DNA of 64,000 bases from an uncultured archaeon (GTDB lineage Archaea; Iainarchaeota; Iainarchaeia; Iainarchaeales; VGJJ01). The position numbers were made by a program, and so were the translations under genes. The notes under the pieces were generated by a model. The model ran no database searches, was not told the origin of the DNA, and worked only from the letters and a program-made list of their open reading frames with translations. How positions within the stretch are numbered: position 1 is the stretch's first letter; each line of letters opens with the position of its first letter. The stretch is taken from NCBI GenBank assembly GCA_964480125.1, contig CAYZNV010000001.1, positions 3,736 through 67,735 of the forward strand, written 5' to 3'. Positions 10,259 to 19,700 of the stretch are shown here, one piece after another.

Positions 10259-11350
10259 TTATTCTTTCGATTCAAGCGATTCTTTTTCTTCTGACGTTTT
10301 TTCTCGAGTAGAAGGATTACTTTCACGCGTGTAGAATTGAAGGGGATGCATCACATTGCACGTGCGCGAGATGCACAACCCGTGCTCGCGTACTTTCGCA
10401 CACGAAGGAGCAGAGTATTTCTTCCCGCTCGTTTTCCCAGAAAGATTATCCACATGATAGCGTGTGGTACGCTCGTCATAATTCGGTGCCTTGGAAAAAA
10501 GAGTAATGATATCGGGATGGGGCATCTCGATATTCACGAGGAAAGTGGCTAAATCAAATCGCGCCATGTGCGGGAGGTTAACTCCAGAAGAGAGATCGGA
10601 ATACAATTTATCCATGCACGGGGGAAAGGCCTGGATGTTCACCACTCCCAATGCAACTGCTTTCGCTTGGGTTGTTTGGATCTCGCGCAACTTCTGCTGC
10701 AACTGCGAGGCTTTTTCCTCAAACACGGAAGGAAGACCCTTGGTGTCCACGGGCAACGAAGCAAGGATTTGCGCATGCGCCACTTCCGCGAGCCAGCGAC
10801 AGGCGGCATTGATGTCGAGGATGATGAAACCCTTATCCACGCGCTGGTTCACCAAATGCAACTGCGCATCGCGCAGGGGAAATGCAATGTATTGCGTGAG
10901 GGGAATCGCGATCCACTGCAGATGTTCTTCCTGCCTCAAATCCACGCGCAACTTCAATCCCTGCGCGAGATCCAAGAAATTGGAGAGCTTTTCTTTTTCA
11001 TTCACCAAATACTCAAACGTCAAATCCCCCATCAGCCCAGCAAAGCGCTCGAATGCAGAGGGGTTGCGCTGGAACGAAAGAAGAATTTTTGCAATAGGAA
11101 ATGCAATCACATCCTGCACCAAAAACTCCTCATAAGAGAGTTCGCGCTGCTTGAGATGAGAAGAAATGAAGGCTTGTTGCTGCTTGCCATTGGAAGTCAA
11201 TGCCACAATGGCCAACTCAAACGCCCGGAGGAAAACCCCCTCATTGAGTTGCTCCATGTTGGGGGCCAACTGCTTCAGCACATTCTTCCCCTGCTGCGAG
11301 AAAGGATATCGACGCGCATACTGGAGCTGTACGATAGGAACCGAAGGCAT
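10259..11350 (-). CDS. priL: DNA primase large subunit PriL
   Basis: 363 aa, helical. C-terminal cysteine cluster PPCM...SAPSCAKVREHGLC...CNVMHPLQFY fits the Fe-S domain of PriL. Divergent from the GNAT/PCNA block and near priS/gins. Confidence 0.7.
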   Translation of the reverse strand: MPSVPIVQLQYARRYPFSQQGKNVLKQLAPNMEQLNEGVFLRAFELAIVALTSNGKQQQAFISSHLKQRELSYEEFLVQDVIAFPIAKILLSFQRNPSAFERFAGLMGDLTFEYLVNEKEKLSNFLDLAQGLKLRVDLRQEEHLQWIAIPLTQYIAFPLRDAQLHLVNQRVDKGFIILDINAACRWLAEVAHAQILASLPVDTKGLPSVFEEKASQLQQKLREIQTTQAKAVALGVVNIQAFPPCMDKLYSDLSSGVNLPHMARFDLATFLVNIEMPHPDIITLFSKAPNYDERTTRYHVDNLSGKTSGKKYSAPSCAKVREHGLCISRTCNVMHPLQFYTRESNPSTREKTSEEKESLESKE

Positions 11351-11395
11351 ACCTATTTTGCTACGGGAGAGAAACTTAAAGCCAGGGGGAAAAAG

Positions 11396-11980
11396 TCACT
11401 TCTCTGGAACGTGGTATTCCATCTCATACCCCACAATCGCGCCCGTGTTCTCATGTGCATAAATATTTTCCATTATTTTGAAGCCGAATTTTTTATAATA
11501 TTCCGCTAGCTTGGGATTGCACCTCAAGACGATACGATCCAACCCATTCTTCTTGGCGGACTCAATGGCAAAATCAAGGATTGCACGAAACATCTGAATT
11601 CCGCGCGTCCCACGAATGTGTGTGCGCTCTTCGGTTGTGCGAAGCAGGGATTGATCTTTCCGCACCTGGTGAATCTCAATGGCGTGCTTTTCTTTGGAAT
11701 AATGCAGAATCCCTTCACCCAGATAGTTTTCTTTTCCCGTGGCGGGGTTTATCTCATACACCAAAATGGGAGAAGCATGCCTCATTGAAAATGAAGGTTG
11801 CTTCGTAGCGAAAAGCTTCCCGGCACGATTGGAATAGAAACGATGATAGTAGTTCTGGATGGATGCTGGAAGAAAAGAAACGCCACGCAATGGATGCATC
11901 GCACGCTGCCGCCTGATGGCTTCCGCCTTCTCTCTCCAACGGCTAGGCTTGCGAGAGGAATGAGGAGGTGGAAAGGGCAT
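11396..11980 (-). CDS. GNAT-family N-acetyltransferase
   Basis: Motif A region RGTRGIQMFRAILDFAIESAKKNGLDRIVL and ...YYKKFGFKI. Confidence 0.6.
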   Translation of the reverse strand: MPFPPPHSSRKPSRWREKAEAIRRQRAMHPLRGVSFLPASIQNYYHRFYSNRAGKLFATKQPSFSMRHASPILVYEINPATGKENYLGEGILHYSKEKHAIEIHQVRKDQSLLRTTEERTHIRGTRGIQMFRAILDFAIESAKKNGLDRIVLRCNPKLAEYYKKFGFKIMENIYAHENTGAIVGYEMEYHVPEK

Positions 11981-12009
11981 ACGCTCACAACACCATCCAA
12001 AAACTTAAA

Positions 12010-12537
12010 TTATTTGGTTCGACGCTTAGGGACAGGATGAATAGAATGAACCAAGCGCTGCAATCCCTTCGAGTCAGGTTTTTTCTTGCGCTTGAATCCA
12101 TGCGAGATGTAATATTGCCGCAAGCGCAGAGGACCAGCCTGCAATGCAATGCGCTGCATCCCTTTCTTTTTCGCGATTACAATTGCCTCATTCATGAGCA
12201 CGCGAAAAAAACCAATCCCCTTAGAGGAAGGAGGTTTTGTCCGCGCGGGAAATTTTTCCCCATGATGCCCTTCGAACAAGAACAACTCGGACTCTCTCTC
12301 CAAAAATTGCAAGCGCGCCCCCGCCACCATTTCACGCTTTTTGTTTTTTGGGTCCAAGCGCAGCAAAACTAAGCGCTGTACCGCATCCCCTGCCGCGCGG
12401 AGTTGTACCCCATAGAGCTGCCCACTCCCATCCATGTAGAAGCGACGCAGAAGAGGAAAGAGTTGCTGATAGTGTTTCTGCGTTTCCGGCGATAACGGAC
12501 GCACCATCGGAGAAGCGGGAGAAGACATACCCCTCAC
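12010..12537 (-). CDS. GNAT-family N-acetyltransferase, tandem paralogue
   Basis: SSKGIGFFRVLMNEAIVIAKKKGMQRIAL...YYISHGFKR parallels the neighbouring GNAT. Confidence 0.5.
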   Translation of the reverse strand: MRGMSSPASPMVRPLSPETQKHYQQLFPLLRRFYMDGSGQLYGVQLRAAGDAVQRLVLLRLDPKNKKREMVAGARLQFLERESELFLFEGHHGEKFPARTKPPSSKGIGFFRVLMNEAIVIAKKKGMQRIALQAGPLRLRQYYISHGFKRKKKPDSKGLQRLVHSIHPVPKRRTK

Positions 12538-13265
12538 AAAATCATGTGGGCTAAATAATACTGCAGCTTGGTCTTGCCAATCTCATAGCTGATGCGCAAC
12601 GGAGCATCGGATTTGAGTTCTAGCGCAATGATTGAATCATTATCCGCTTCCTTAATGACATTCGAAAGATAGTTCAGAGAATATTTTGAGGTCACATCCA
12701 CCCCATGCTTCACGGAAATCAGCTTGCCTTCTTTTGAAACAGTACGCAACGTTCCCTGCGACCCCTTTGCTTCGATGTGGAACTGCTTGTTCTGCACGCG
12801 CAACGTCACGCTGCTCCCAAAGATGTGCGCATCCTTCAGGGCTTCCTTCAAGAGGCGGGCGTTGATCTCAATGCGGGCATCGAATTTATTCTCGGGGATC
12901 TTAATCTCTTTTTCTCCATCCGAGACATCAATTAATGGCAATGAAAAGTTGCGCGTGAAATCTCCTTCCAATTTCAATTCCAGCTCGGAATCCAGCACAT
13001 CCAAATAGAGCTTATCCGTGGGCATGCTTCTCGCCAGCATGCGAGCCAACTCCACAACATCCACTCCCACCATTGCCGGTTCGATTTGGTATTGCGAGAA
13101 AGCCGATTTGTCGATAAAGCAATCCACCAGCACAATCTGGGAAGGATCCACTGCCCGCAAGGAAATCCCTTTCTCCGAGAAGCGAAAGTTTCCCTCGGAG
13201 ATAAAGGAAGCAATCGCATCCACGGTTCGCTTTACCTGCGTCGCATCGGGAGATTCTATCATACA
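12534..13265 (-). CDS. pcn: DNA polymerase sliding clamp PCNA (paralogue 1)
   Basis: About 244 aa with the two-domain PCNA pattern, ending in YYLAHMIL. LPLIDVSDGE loop region. Start chosen at MIESPDAT; the track ORF begins 17 codons upstream. Confidence 0.85.
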   Translation of the reverse strand, partial: CMIESPDATQVKRTVDAIASFISEGNFRFSEKGISLRAVDPSQIVLVDCFIDKSAFSQYQIEPAMVGVDVVELARMLARSMPTDKLYLDVLDSELELKLEGDFTRNFSLPLIDVSDGEKEIKIPENKFDARIEINARLLKEALKDAHIFGSSVTLRVQNKQFHIEAKGSQGTLRTVSKEGKLISVKHGVDVTSKYSLNYLSNVIKEADNDSIIALELKSDAPLRISYEIGKTKLQYYLAHMIL

Positions 13266-13306
13266 CTTACTACGGCGGTGCAGATTTATATGGGAAATGC
13301 TTCCTC

Positions 13307-13888
13307 GTGCGTGCAATCACCCAAAAAAAGAGGAATCACATGAATGGCGGAAGGATTATCGCGCTCGGGTTGAGGGGAGTACTCTTACTCGGAATCATAT
13401 GGGCACTACTCCAAGGACGACTGGATTATGTGGGAATACTCGGCGTCAGCGTCATCGCCTCCGCCATCGTGGGATGGATCCAACGCCGATTCTTCGGGCC
13501 CATGGGGATCTACTTGGATGTATTGTTTGCGCTCCTGATTGTATTCAACAATCTCTTCGGGTTAGTGCTGGACTACTACCACACCGTCCCGGGATGGGAC
13601 ATTGCCACGCACTACACGACAAGCCTCTTTCTTGCCGTGAGCGCGTTGGTGGTGTTGGAGCGAGGATATTCCCAAATGCTCAAGCAAGTACCCAAGCTTG
13701 CCGTGGTGTTTGCCGTCACATTATTTGCGCTGGGATTAGGGGGATTATGGGAAATAGGAGAATTCGCATCCGATTACTTGCGCGGAACTGATTTCCAGCA
13801 GGGACTTACCAACACCATGCAAGATTTAATTGTTGACTTGGCAGCCGGAATCGTCGTTGGAAGCGCGTGGGCGTGGAAGAGAAAATAG
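13307..13888 (+). CDS. Integral membrane protein (5-6 TM), function unknown
   Basis: 193 aa with hydrophobic helices throughout. No recognisable motif. Confidence 0.45.
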   Translation: MRAITQKKRNHMNGGRIIALGLRGVLLLGIIWALLQGRLDYVGILGVSVIASAIVGWIQRRFFGPMGIYLDVLFALLIVFNNLFGLVLDYYHTVPGWDIATHYTTSLFLAVSALVVLERGYSQMLKQVPKLAVVFAVTLFALGLGGLWEIGEFASDYLRGTDFQQGLTNTMQDLIVDLAAGIVVGSAWAWKRK

Positions 13889-13992
13889 ATAATGGCAACC
13901 AGTCAATCCAACTCGGAGAAAATGGTGAAAGCCATATCGGGTGTCGCGCAAGCGATACCCGTTCTCGGCGCGCGCGGTCGAAACACGCGCAG

Positions 13993-14739
13993 CTATGCCG
14001 TTTCAATTCTTGGGGCCAAAAAGTAACGCAGTTTGGCTTCGCCGATGTGATAGTTTAATTCCACCGGGGCGTTTTCTTTCAGCTTCAATGTGAGGTCGGT
14101 TTCGGAGTTGGCTGCTTTGAGCATGTCCGAGAGATAGTCCAATGGAAACATAGACTTACAATCGCGCTTCAAGGAAAAATCAACCATCGAAGTAGCGTCT
14201 TTGGCGGTTTCGTTTGACAATTCTCCTTTCGAAGAAGTGGCACGCACATAAAATCCATCCGCTTTGGCTCCAAGCGTGAGATGTGTCGAGAGAAGAGAGG
14301 CATCCTTCAATGCATCCTGCAATACGGTTGCTTTCATCTTCACCGTTGCATCGAATTCAATCTTGGGATTGGGCAATTCCCCGGAGGAAATATCAATCAA
14401 AGGAACGGAAAAACTTCGCGTGGAAGAACCCTTGAACGTAATGGACATTTTCGTGTCATCGTTGTCTAGTTTGAGATGCACTTCATCGGTGGGCTTGGCA
14501 CGCGACATGACTTGATTGAGATAATCGAGATCCAACCCTAGTTTGAGAGTCCCATCCACGTGGAATTTCTTGAAGGCTTTCTTCTCGTACTCAAAATCCA
14601 CCATGGAAATCTGAGAGGGATCGGTGGCTTTCAACGAAAGGCCTTTTTCTGAAACCTCAAACTCGGCTTCATCAATCAGCACGGCAATCGCATCAATGCT
14701 GCGCTTCAATACATCGGCTTTTTCGATTATGAGTTCCAT
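13993..14739 (-). CDS. pcn: DNA polymerase sliding clamp PCNA (paralogue 2)
   Basis: MELIIEKADVLKRSIDAIAVLIDEAEFEVSEKGLSLKATDPSQISMVDF...VPLIDISSGE...LRYFLAPRIE is canonical PCNA. Start chosen at MELIIEK. Confidence 0.85.
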   Translation of the reverse strand: MELIIEKADVLKRSIDAIAVLIDEAEFEVSEKGLSLKATDPSQISMVDFEYEKKAFKKFHVDGTLKLGLDLDYLNQVMSRAKPTDEVHLKLDNDDTKMSITFKGSSTRSFSVPLIDISSGELPNPKIEFDATVKMKATVLQDALKDASLLSTHLTLGAKADGFYVRATSSKGELSNETAKDATSMVDFSLKRDCKSMFPLDYLSDMLKAANSETDLTLKLKENAPVELNYHIGEAKLRYFLAPRIETA

Positions 14740-14819
14740 CATATGCAATCCCAACCCTCAAACAATACACTATAATGCGCCCTCGGACAGCTTTAAAGGT
14801 TGCGGGGTTTCAGAGAGAA

Positions 14820-15587
14820 TCACACGAAAGGGAAGCCCATTACCTTCTTCCCACTCAAAAGAGAAGGCAAGTCATCAAACAAGAAGAGCTTCACATACCC
14901 CACATAGGGCAACCAACCCAACGCCTTTCCTTTTACCAATTCCATGGAAATGGGATAGGGAGAAGGGCATAGCTTTTGAGTAGAAATCAAACCCGGAATC
15001 GCCTCATCCACTTTACCACAGTCTTGGTCCAAGGAAAGATTATTGTCGCCTTTCGTGAGCAAGTAATACTTTCCATTCGAACGAATCTTAGCCACGGCGC
15101 GATGGATAATCTCAATTCCGCGCTGCTTGGAAACATACACCACAATGTCACTCGTGCCTTGTTTTGGAATTTGAATGGATTGATTCGTAGACTTGAATGT
15201 GAGTTGCCACACTCCATTGCCAAGTGGTTGAATTGTTGCTAAATCCTGCAATGAAGTCTTGGAGACATCCACGCCATCCAATACAACCTCTTGCACATTC
15301 AATTCTGCCCCACTCACGCCGTGCAATAACACCACATCCCCGCGCGCCATCGTTGGAAGCATGCTCCCGGAGACAACAATAACAAGAGGAGAAGCCGTCT
15401 GCAACAGAAAACCAATTCCACTATAGAGGGCAAACGCAAAAATGAACGAGAATGCCAAATAGATAATCCATGAAAGCGCGGCGTTATCCCAGGGATTCAA
15501 AATAGGCATCAAGTGCGCATCCACATAATAGAAAGGATCCAATTTTTCCCAGAAAGAAGGAGGAGAAGATTTCTTTTGCACCGGCAT
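14820..15587 (-). CDS. Signal peptidase I (archaeal/ER type, S26B)
   Basis: N-terminal TM anchor. VVSGSMLPTMARGDVVLL box B with catalytic Ser. KGDNN motif. Confidence 0.75.
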   Translation of the reverse strand: MPVQKKSSPPSFWEKLDPFYYVDAHLMPILNPWDNAALSWIIYLAFSFIFAFALYSGIGFLLQTASPLVIVVSGSMLPTMARGDVVLLHGVSGAELNVQEVVLDGVDVSKTSLQDLATIQPLGNGVWQLTFKSTNQSIQIPKQGTSDIVVYVSKQRGIEIIHRAVAKIRSNGKYYLLTKGDNNLSLDQDCGKVDEAIPGLISTQKLCPSPYPISMELVKGKALGWLPYVGYVKLFLFDDLPSLLSGKKVMGFPFV

Positions 15588-15675
15588 GATGAGAACACAG
15601 AAACGGTTTTGATGTTATAAATGAAATGGAAAACAGAGGAAAAAGGCATGCACCCGAAGGCGCATGTAATCGGAA

Positions 15676-15951
15676 TTATTTGAGTGCTTTAGAGAAAGCG
15701 CTCTTCAAATCCCCTAGTTCTTCGTGCAAGTGCTTGGCGGCTTCCACTAACACACTTTTTGCGGACTTGCCCTTTGTCTTCAACACGAACAACGCATCCT
15801 TATCCTGGGGGTGCTCTAATTTGTACGCGACAAACTCAACGGAAGGATCATTGGCCAATTGGGCTTTCAACAAATTCGCAAAGGTATGCGTTTCCCCAAC
15901 GAGTTTGAATTCCACGTGATTGGCTGCTTTCTTGATGAATTCGAGTTCCAT
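15676..15951 (-). CDS. rpoL: DNA-directed RNA polymerase subunit L (Rpo11)
   Basis: 91 aa. MELEFIKKAANHVEFKLVGETHTFANLLKAQLANDPSVEFVAYKLEHP matches RpoL. Confidence 0.75.
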   Translation of the reverse strand: MELEFIKKAANHVEFKLVGETHTFANLLKAQLANDPSVEFVAYKLEHPQDKDALFVLKTKGKSAKSVLVEAAKHLHEELGDLKSAFSKALK

Positions 15952-15969
15952 GTGATTTCCCCCAATAGG

Positions 15970-16509
15970 TTAGTGGCGCGATGGCTCCACGTTTTTCTTA
16001 ACGGCAAACTGTTCATTTCCCGCGACGAGTTTCTGGATGATGGTGTCGCCCGACGCGATACCACCTACTCCATCCTCATTCGTGGCGAGCTCCACGCCAT
16101 AGGAGTTAACATCTAGCACGCGCGCCTTCACATAATCCCCAATCTTGAAGAAATCCCCAAGCGAGCGAACGTACTGCGAAGAAACACGAGAAATATTGAT
16201 GGTCGCGGAAGAATCAAAGATACGCTTCTTCTTCCCATCTTTTTCTGCAAGCGCCATTCCTACGACGACGACAGAATCTTTTACCAAAATCACGCGACCA
16301 TACACAATGGCACCGGTCTCGAGACCATTCACTTGTCGCCCGACTTGCTGCACGTGAGCCTCGCGCGAATTCTCATCGAACTCGGCGCTGCCAATTACGT
16401 TCGCCACCACGTTGCCATTGTCATCCACGAAAACGTTCTTTCCAGCAGCGAATTCTTCTTCCACTGTCAATGGAGAACCGGGGAAAACAAGGGAGTCTTT
16501 CTTAGCCAT
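15970..16509 (-). CDS. csl4: Exosome subunit Csl4-like S1-domain protein (no zinc-ribbon cysteines)
   Basis: S1 fold GDYVKARVLDVN...VELA. csl4-rpoL adjacency is conserved in archaea. The usual C-terminal 4-Cys ribbon is absent. Confidence 0.55.
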   Translation of the reverse strand: MAKKDSLVFPGSPLTVEEEFAAGKNVFVDDNGNVVANVIGSAEFDENSREAHVQQVGRQVNGLETGAIVYGRVILVKDSVVVVGMALAEKDGKKKRIFDSSATINISRVSSQYVRSLGDFFKIGDYVKARVLDVNSYGVELATNEDGVGGIASGDTIIQKLVAGNEQFAVKKNVEPSRH

Positions 16510-16606
16510 ACGTTTTACACCAATAATTACGCCAATATAAGGGCAATATTACCCAAAAGTCCCAGAATGGGTTTATATACCCAAACGCCCGCCTCCTCGT
16601 GAGACC

Positions 16607-17590
16607 ATGGTTTTAGAGAATATTTTATCCCCTACGACAGCGAGGGAAAAACCCTATTACATGGGAATTATCGCCTTTCTTTTCACCATTGTAGGGCTGT
16701 GGTTGGCCTATTATTTATTTCCAAACTCCGCCTCCATCCTCACGCTGGCATTCATTGTGATCGCGGCCGAACCCATTATCCGCTCCACATTCCAGCAAAC
16801 CGAAGAAGAAGAAGCCGATCGCCCAGGAAAAGCATCCACTTTTTTGGAGAGACATTTTGATTTAGTGAAAATCTATTCCTGGTTCTTTTTGGGATTAGTA
16901 CTGGCATTTGCCACGTGGTATATCATTCTCCCAGAGACCGCGCAAGGAAATTGCGCACTCGGGGACATCTGCAAGCAACTCCCCTCGCGCGGGAGCATCT
17001 ACGAAGAGCAAGAGCATCAGCTGCGTGGAATCGGAGAGCTACGCGCACAATTGCAAAGTGAAAGCACCCCCATCACAGGAAACGCAACCGCAGGATACAA
17101 CATCGGAGGCAACGTGGAATCACCACCCACTTCAACAACGAAAGACCGAGACTTTTGGAGCGTGGTGGGATTCTTGTTCAGCAATAATGCAACCGTACTT
17201 CTTTTGGCCATCCTATTTTCATTCTTGTTTGGAGAAGGAGCGCTGTTTTTGATTTCATGGAACGCCAGCATCATCGGAACCGTCATCGGAAAAATCTCCG
17301 CACAGACACTTGCCACCATGCCCACGCACGATATCTTTTCCGTCATTTACTCACTAGGAATGGGCGTGTACCAAGGAATCGGATTCATCCCGCATGGCAT
17401 TCCCGAGATTGTGGCCTACTACATCGGCGCCATCGCCGGAGGAATCATCTCCGTGAGCATGGCCAAAGAAGTGTATAAGACAAACGAATTCGAAACCATC
17501 GCCAAAGATGCCGGTGCGCTCGTGATCACTGCAGTCATTGTGCTGTTCATTGCCGCACTCATCGAAGGATATCTGTGGTTGTACACCTGA
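16607..17590 (+). CDS. SpoIIM/DUF95-family membrane protein with a low-complexity insertion
   Basis: Signature IPHGIPEIVAYYIGAIAGG resembles LPHGIFELPA. Multi-pass membrane topology. A 60-aa Q/E/T-rich insert interrupts it. Confidence 0.55.
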   Translation: MVLENILSPTTAREKPYYMGIIAFLFTIVGLWLAYYLFPNSASILTLAFIVIAAEPIIRSTFQQTEEEEADRPGKASTFLERHFDLVKIYSWFFLGLVLAFATWYIILPETAQGNCALGDICKQLPSRGSIYEEQEHQLRGIGELRAQLQSESTPITGNATAGYNIGGNVESPPTSTTKDRDFWSVVGFLFSNNATVLLLAILFSFLFGEGALFLISWNASIIGTVIGKISAQTLATMPTHDIFSVIYSLGMGVYQGIGFIPHGIPEIVAYYIGAIAGGIISVSMAKEVYKTNEFETIAKDAGALVITAVIVLFIAALIEGYLWLYT

Positions 17591-17648
17591 ATTAAGGAAC
17601 AAATAATAACATTCATCTAAGTATTACCTACATCGGAGGCCATACTCT

Positions 17649-18377
17649 ATGAAATACAAAATCCAAGGAGACATCATGCAAACCGCCAGCGTAGCGCTGC
17701 AGTCGGAAGAAAAAATCTACGCCAGCGCCTCCGCCATGCAATGGATGACGGACAACGTTGAAATGAAATCAAAAATGCGCGGAGGACTCGGAGCAGGAAT
17801 CGGAAGAATGTTCACGGGAGAAAGCCTCTTCCTTAATGAGTTCCAAGTCAAAGAAGGAGAAAGTGGAATGATCACATTCTCCTCGGACTTCCCAGGAAAA
17901 ATACTCGCATTCGATTTGAAAAAAGGACAAACTATTATCGCCCAGAGCACGGCATTCCTCGCAGCAGACGATTCAGTCGAGATGCAGGTGCACTTCCAAA
18001 AGAAACTCGGCGCGGGATTCTTTGGAGGAGAAGGATTCATTCTCCAAAAGATAACCGGGCCAGGAAAAGTACTGTTGAGCTTGGATGGAGAAATCACCAA
18101 ACTCGAATTAGAAAAAGGACAACGCATCCTATGCGATCCCGGCAGCGTTGCCATTGTCGATCCCAGCGTTGGATTTGATATCCAGCGCGCCGGAGACATC
18201 AAGACCATGCTCTTTGGGGGAGAAGGATTATTTTTAGCGAGCCTAGAAGGACCAGGCGAAGTCCACTTGCAGAGCATGCAACTCGCTGACTTGGCACAAA
18301 AGATTGCCCCTATGGTCGCACAATATATCCCACGCGGTGGAAGCGGCGGCGGAATGAACATCAACTTGGGGAAGTGA
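17649..18377 (+). CDS. AIM24 / TIGR00266-family protein
   Basis: 242 aa with repeated G-x-G beta-strand pattern (GESGMITFS, GEGFILQKITGPGKVLL, GGEGLFLASLEGPGEV) typical of DUF124/AIM24. Confidence 0.65.
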   Translation: MKYKIQGDIMQTASVALQSEEKIYASASAMQWMTDNVEMKSKMRGGLGAGIGRMFTGESLFLNEFQVKEGESGMITFSSDFPGKILAFDLKKGQTIIAQSTAFLAADDSVEMQVHFQKKLGAGFFGGEGFILQKITGPGKVLLSLDGEITKLELEKGQRILCDPGSVAIVDPSVGFDIQRAGDIKTMLFGGEGLFLASLEGPGEVHLQSMQLADLAQKIAPMVAQYIPRGGSGGGMNINLGK

Positions 18378-18381
18378 GAAG

Positions 18382-18591
18382 ATGGAAGCAATGCTCGCCG
18401 GAATCGGAATCATCCTTGTGCTCGCAATAATTGCACTCATTATTTTTCCAATCCTATTGGGAGGAGTGCTATTGTTGGCCATGATTGGAATTATTGTTTT
18501 GGCGATTGGAGTAGCTGCGCACCACCTACTCAAACCCACTCCCAAAATATCCAATCGCAATCCAAAAATAAAAATCAAAGAAGCCAAGTGA
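18382..18591 (+). CDS. Small membrane protein
   Basis: 69 aa. Two hydrophobic helices, basic C-terminus. Starts 4 nt after the AIM24 stop. Confidence 0.35.
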   Translation: MEAMLAGIGIILVLAIIALIIFPILLGGVLLLAMIGIIVLAIGVAAHHLLKPTPKISNRNPKIKIKEAK

Positions 18592-18629
18592 GGCGCGCAC
18601 TCACTTCTTCTTGCATTATTTTTTATCCA

Positions 18630-19625
18630 CTATTTCTTCTTGGCTTTCTTCTTATTGTCTAAGTACTGCTCTAGCATCGGAGCGTATTTCTCAAACAAGC
18701 TATCTAATCCCTCATCCGAGGACGCGCGCTTGGTGGACTTGGCAAGCGAGTGAATCAAATTGGTCAGCTCCAAGGGCAAAATAAACTTCGAGCTCTGGCC
18801 TTCTCCCAATTTCTCGAGGGTGCGCATATAGAAATAACTCAAGGACTTGTCATCCAGCTTCTGCGCGGCCTCGCGAATGGCATCAATTTCTCCTTGAATT
18901 CCTAAAGCCGTTTGCACGCGCGCGAGACGATTCTGTTCCGCTGCTGTCCTGGCTGAAAAAGCCGTCTCGACTTCTTTGGGAACTTGCAAGTTTTGGATTT
19001 CAACGCTTTCCACGGCAACACCCCAATTGCGGGCAATGATCTCCAGTTCTTTTTTCAGGATAGAATTCAACTTACCCACATCCGAGATGAGCTCGGGCAG
19101 GGTAAGGGATCCAGAAACATCACGAATCTTTGCCTGCACAAATTGCGAAGCCGCGTTGCGAAAGTCATCCACTTCCACGACCGAATTAATCACACTCTGC
19201 GGGTCCTTGCGCACGAGGAGATAGATGACAGCATCAATGGACACAACAACGTTGTCTTTCGTAATCACGCTCTGGGGCTTGACATCTAATGTCTGCGTGC
19301 GCAAATCCACGAGCTTAAAACTTTCCACAACGGGAATCACAAACGTCCAGCCAGGACCGCCCACGCGATTGACTCTTCCCAAGCGAAAGACTACCGCGCG
19401 CTCATATTCTTTCAGCGTGATGAGGAAATCATACGTCGCAACTAAAAAGAAAAACACCGCCAGCGCGCCAATCGTAAAGAGACCCACTCCAATAATCGCG
19501 GAGTTGCTCAAAATCAAAAAAATAGTAATCGCAACCAATAGCACAACGAAGGCGAAAACGGCCTGTTTGACCTTATAGGATTCCACTTTTCCCAAGCGCT
19601 TGACCATAATTCCCTCAAATCCCAA
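18630..19625 (-). CDS. SPFH/band-7 (stomatin-like) membrane protein
   Basis: N-terminal TM helix, then AVVFRLGRVNRVGGPGWTFVIPVVESFKLVDLRTQTLDVKPQSVITKDNVVVSIDAVIY and a coiled-coil C-terminus. Confidence 0.8.
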   Translation of the reverse strand: MGFEGIMVKRLGKVESYKVKQAVFAFVVLLVAITIFLILSNSAIIGVGLFTIGALAVFFFLVATYDFLITLKEYERAVVFRLGRVNRVGGPGWTFVIPVVESFKLVDLRTQTLDVKPQSVITKDNVVVSIDAVIYLLVRKDPQSVINSVVEVDDFRNAASQFVQAKIRDVSGSLTLPELISDVGKLNSILKKELEIIARNWGVAVESVEIQNLQVPKEVETAFSARTAAEQNRLARVQTALGIQGEIDAIREAAQKLDDKSLSYFYMRTLEKLGEGQSSKFILPLELTNLIHSLAKSTKRASSDEGLDSLFEKYAPMLEQYLDNKKKAKKK

Positions 19626-19700
19626 AAAAAGCCCTTTCGGAGCCCATTACCCATTGGGAAGGCACATAAGTTAATATTATCCCCCCTTTATAAATAACCT

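Noticed and set aside
10568-11509. 313-aa plus-strand ORF overlapping priL
   Set aside because: Antisense shadow of the PriL gene, with no motifs. PriL frame has the conserved Fe-S cysteines.
17717-18391. 224-aa antisense ORF across the AIM24 gene
   Set aside because: Shadow ORF. P/S-rich with no domain. The plus frame has the recognisable TIGR00266 pattern.
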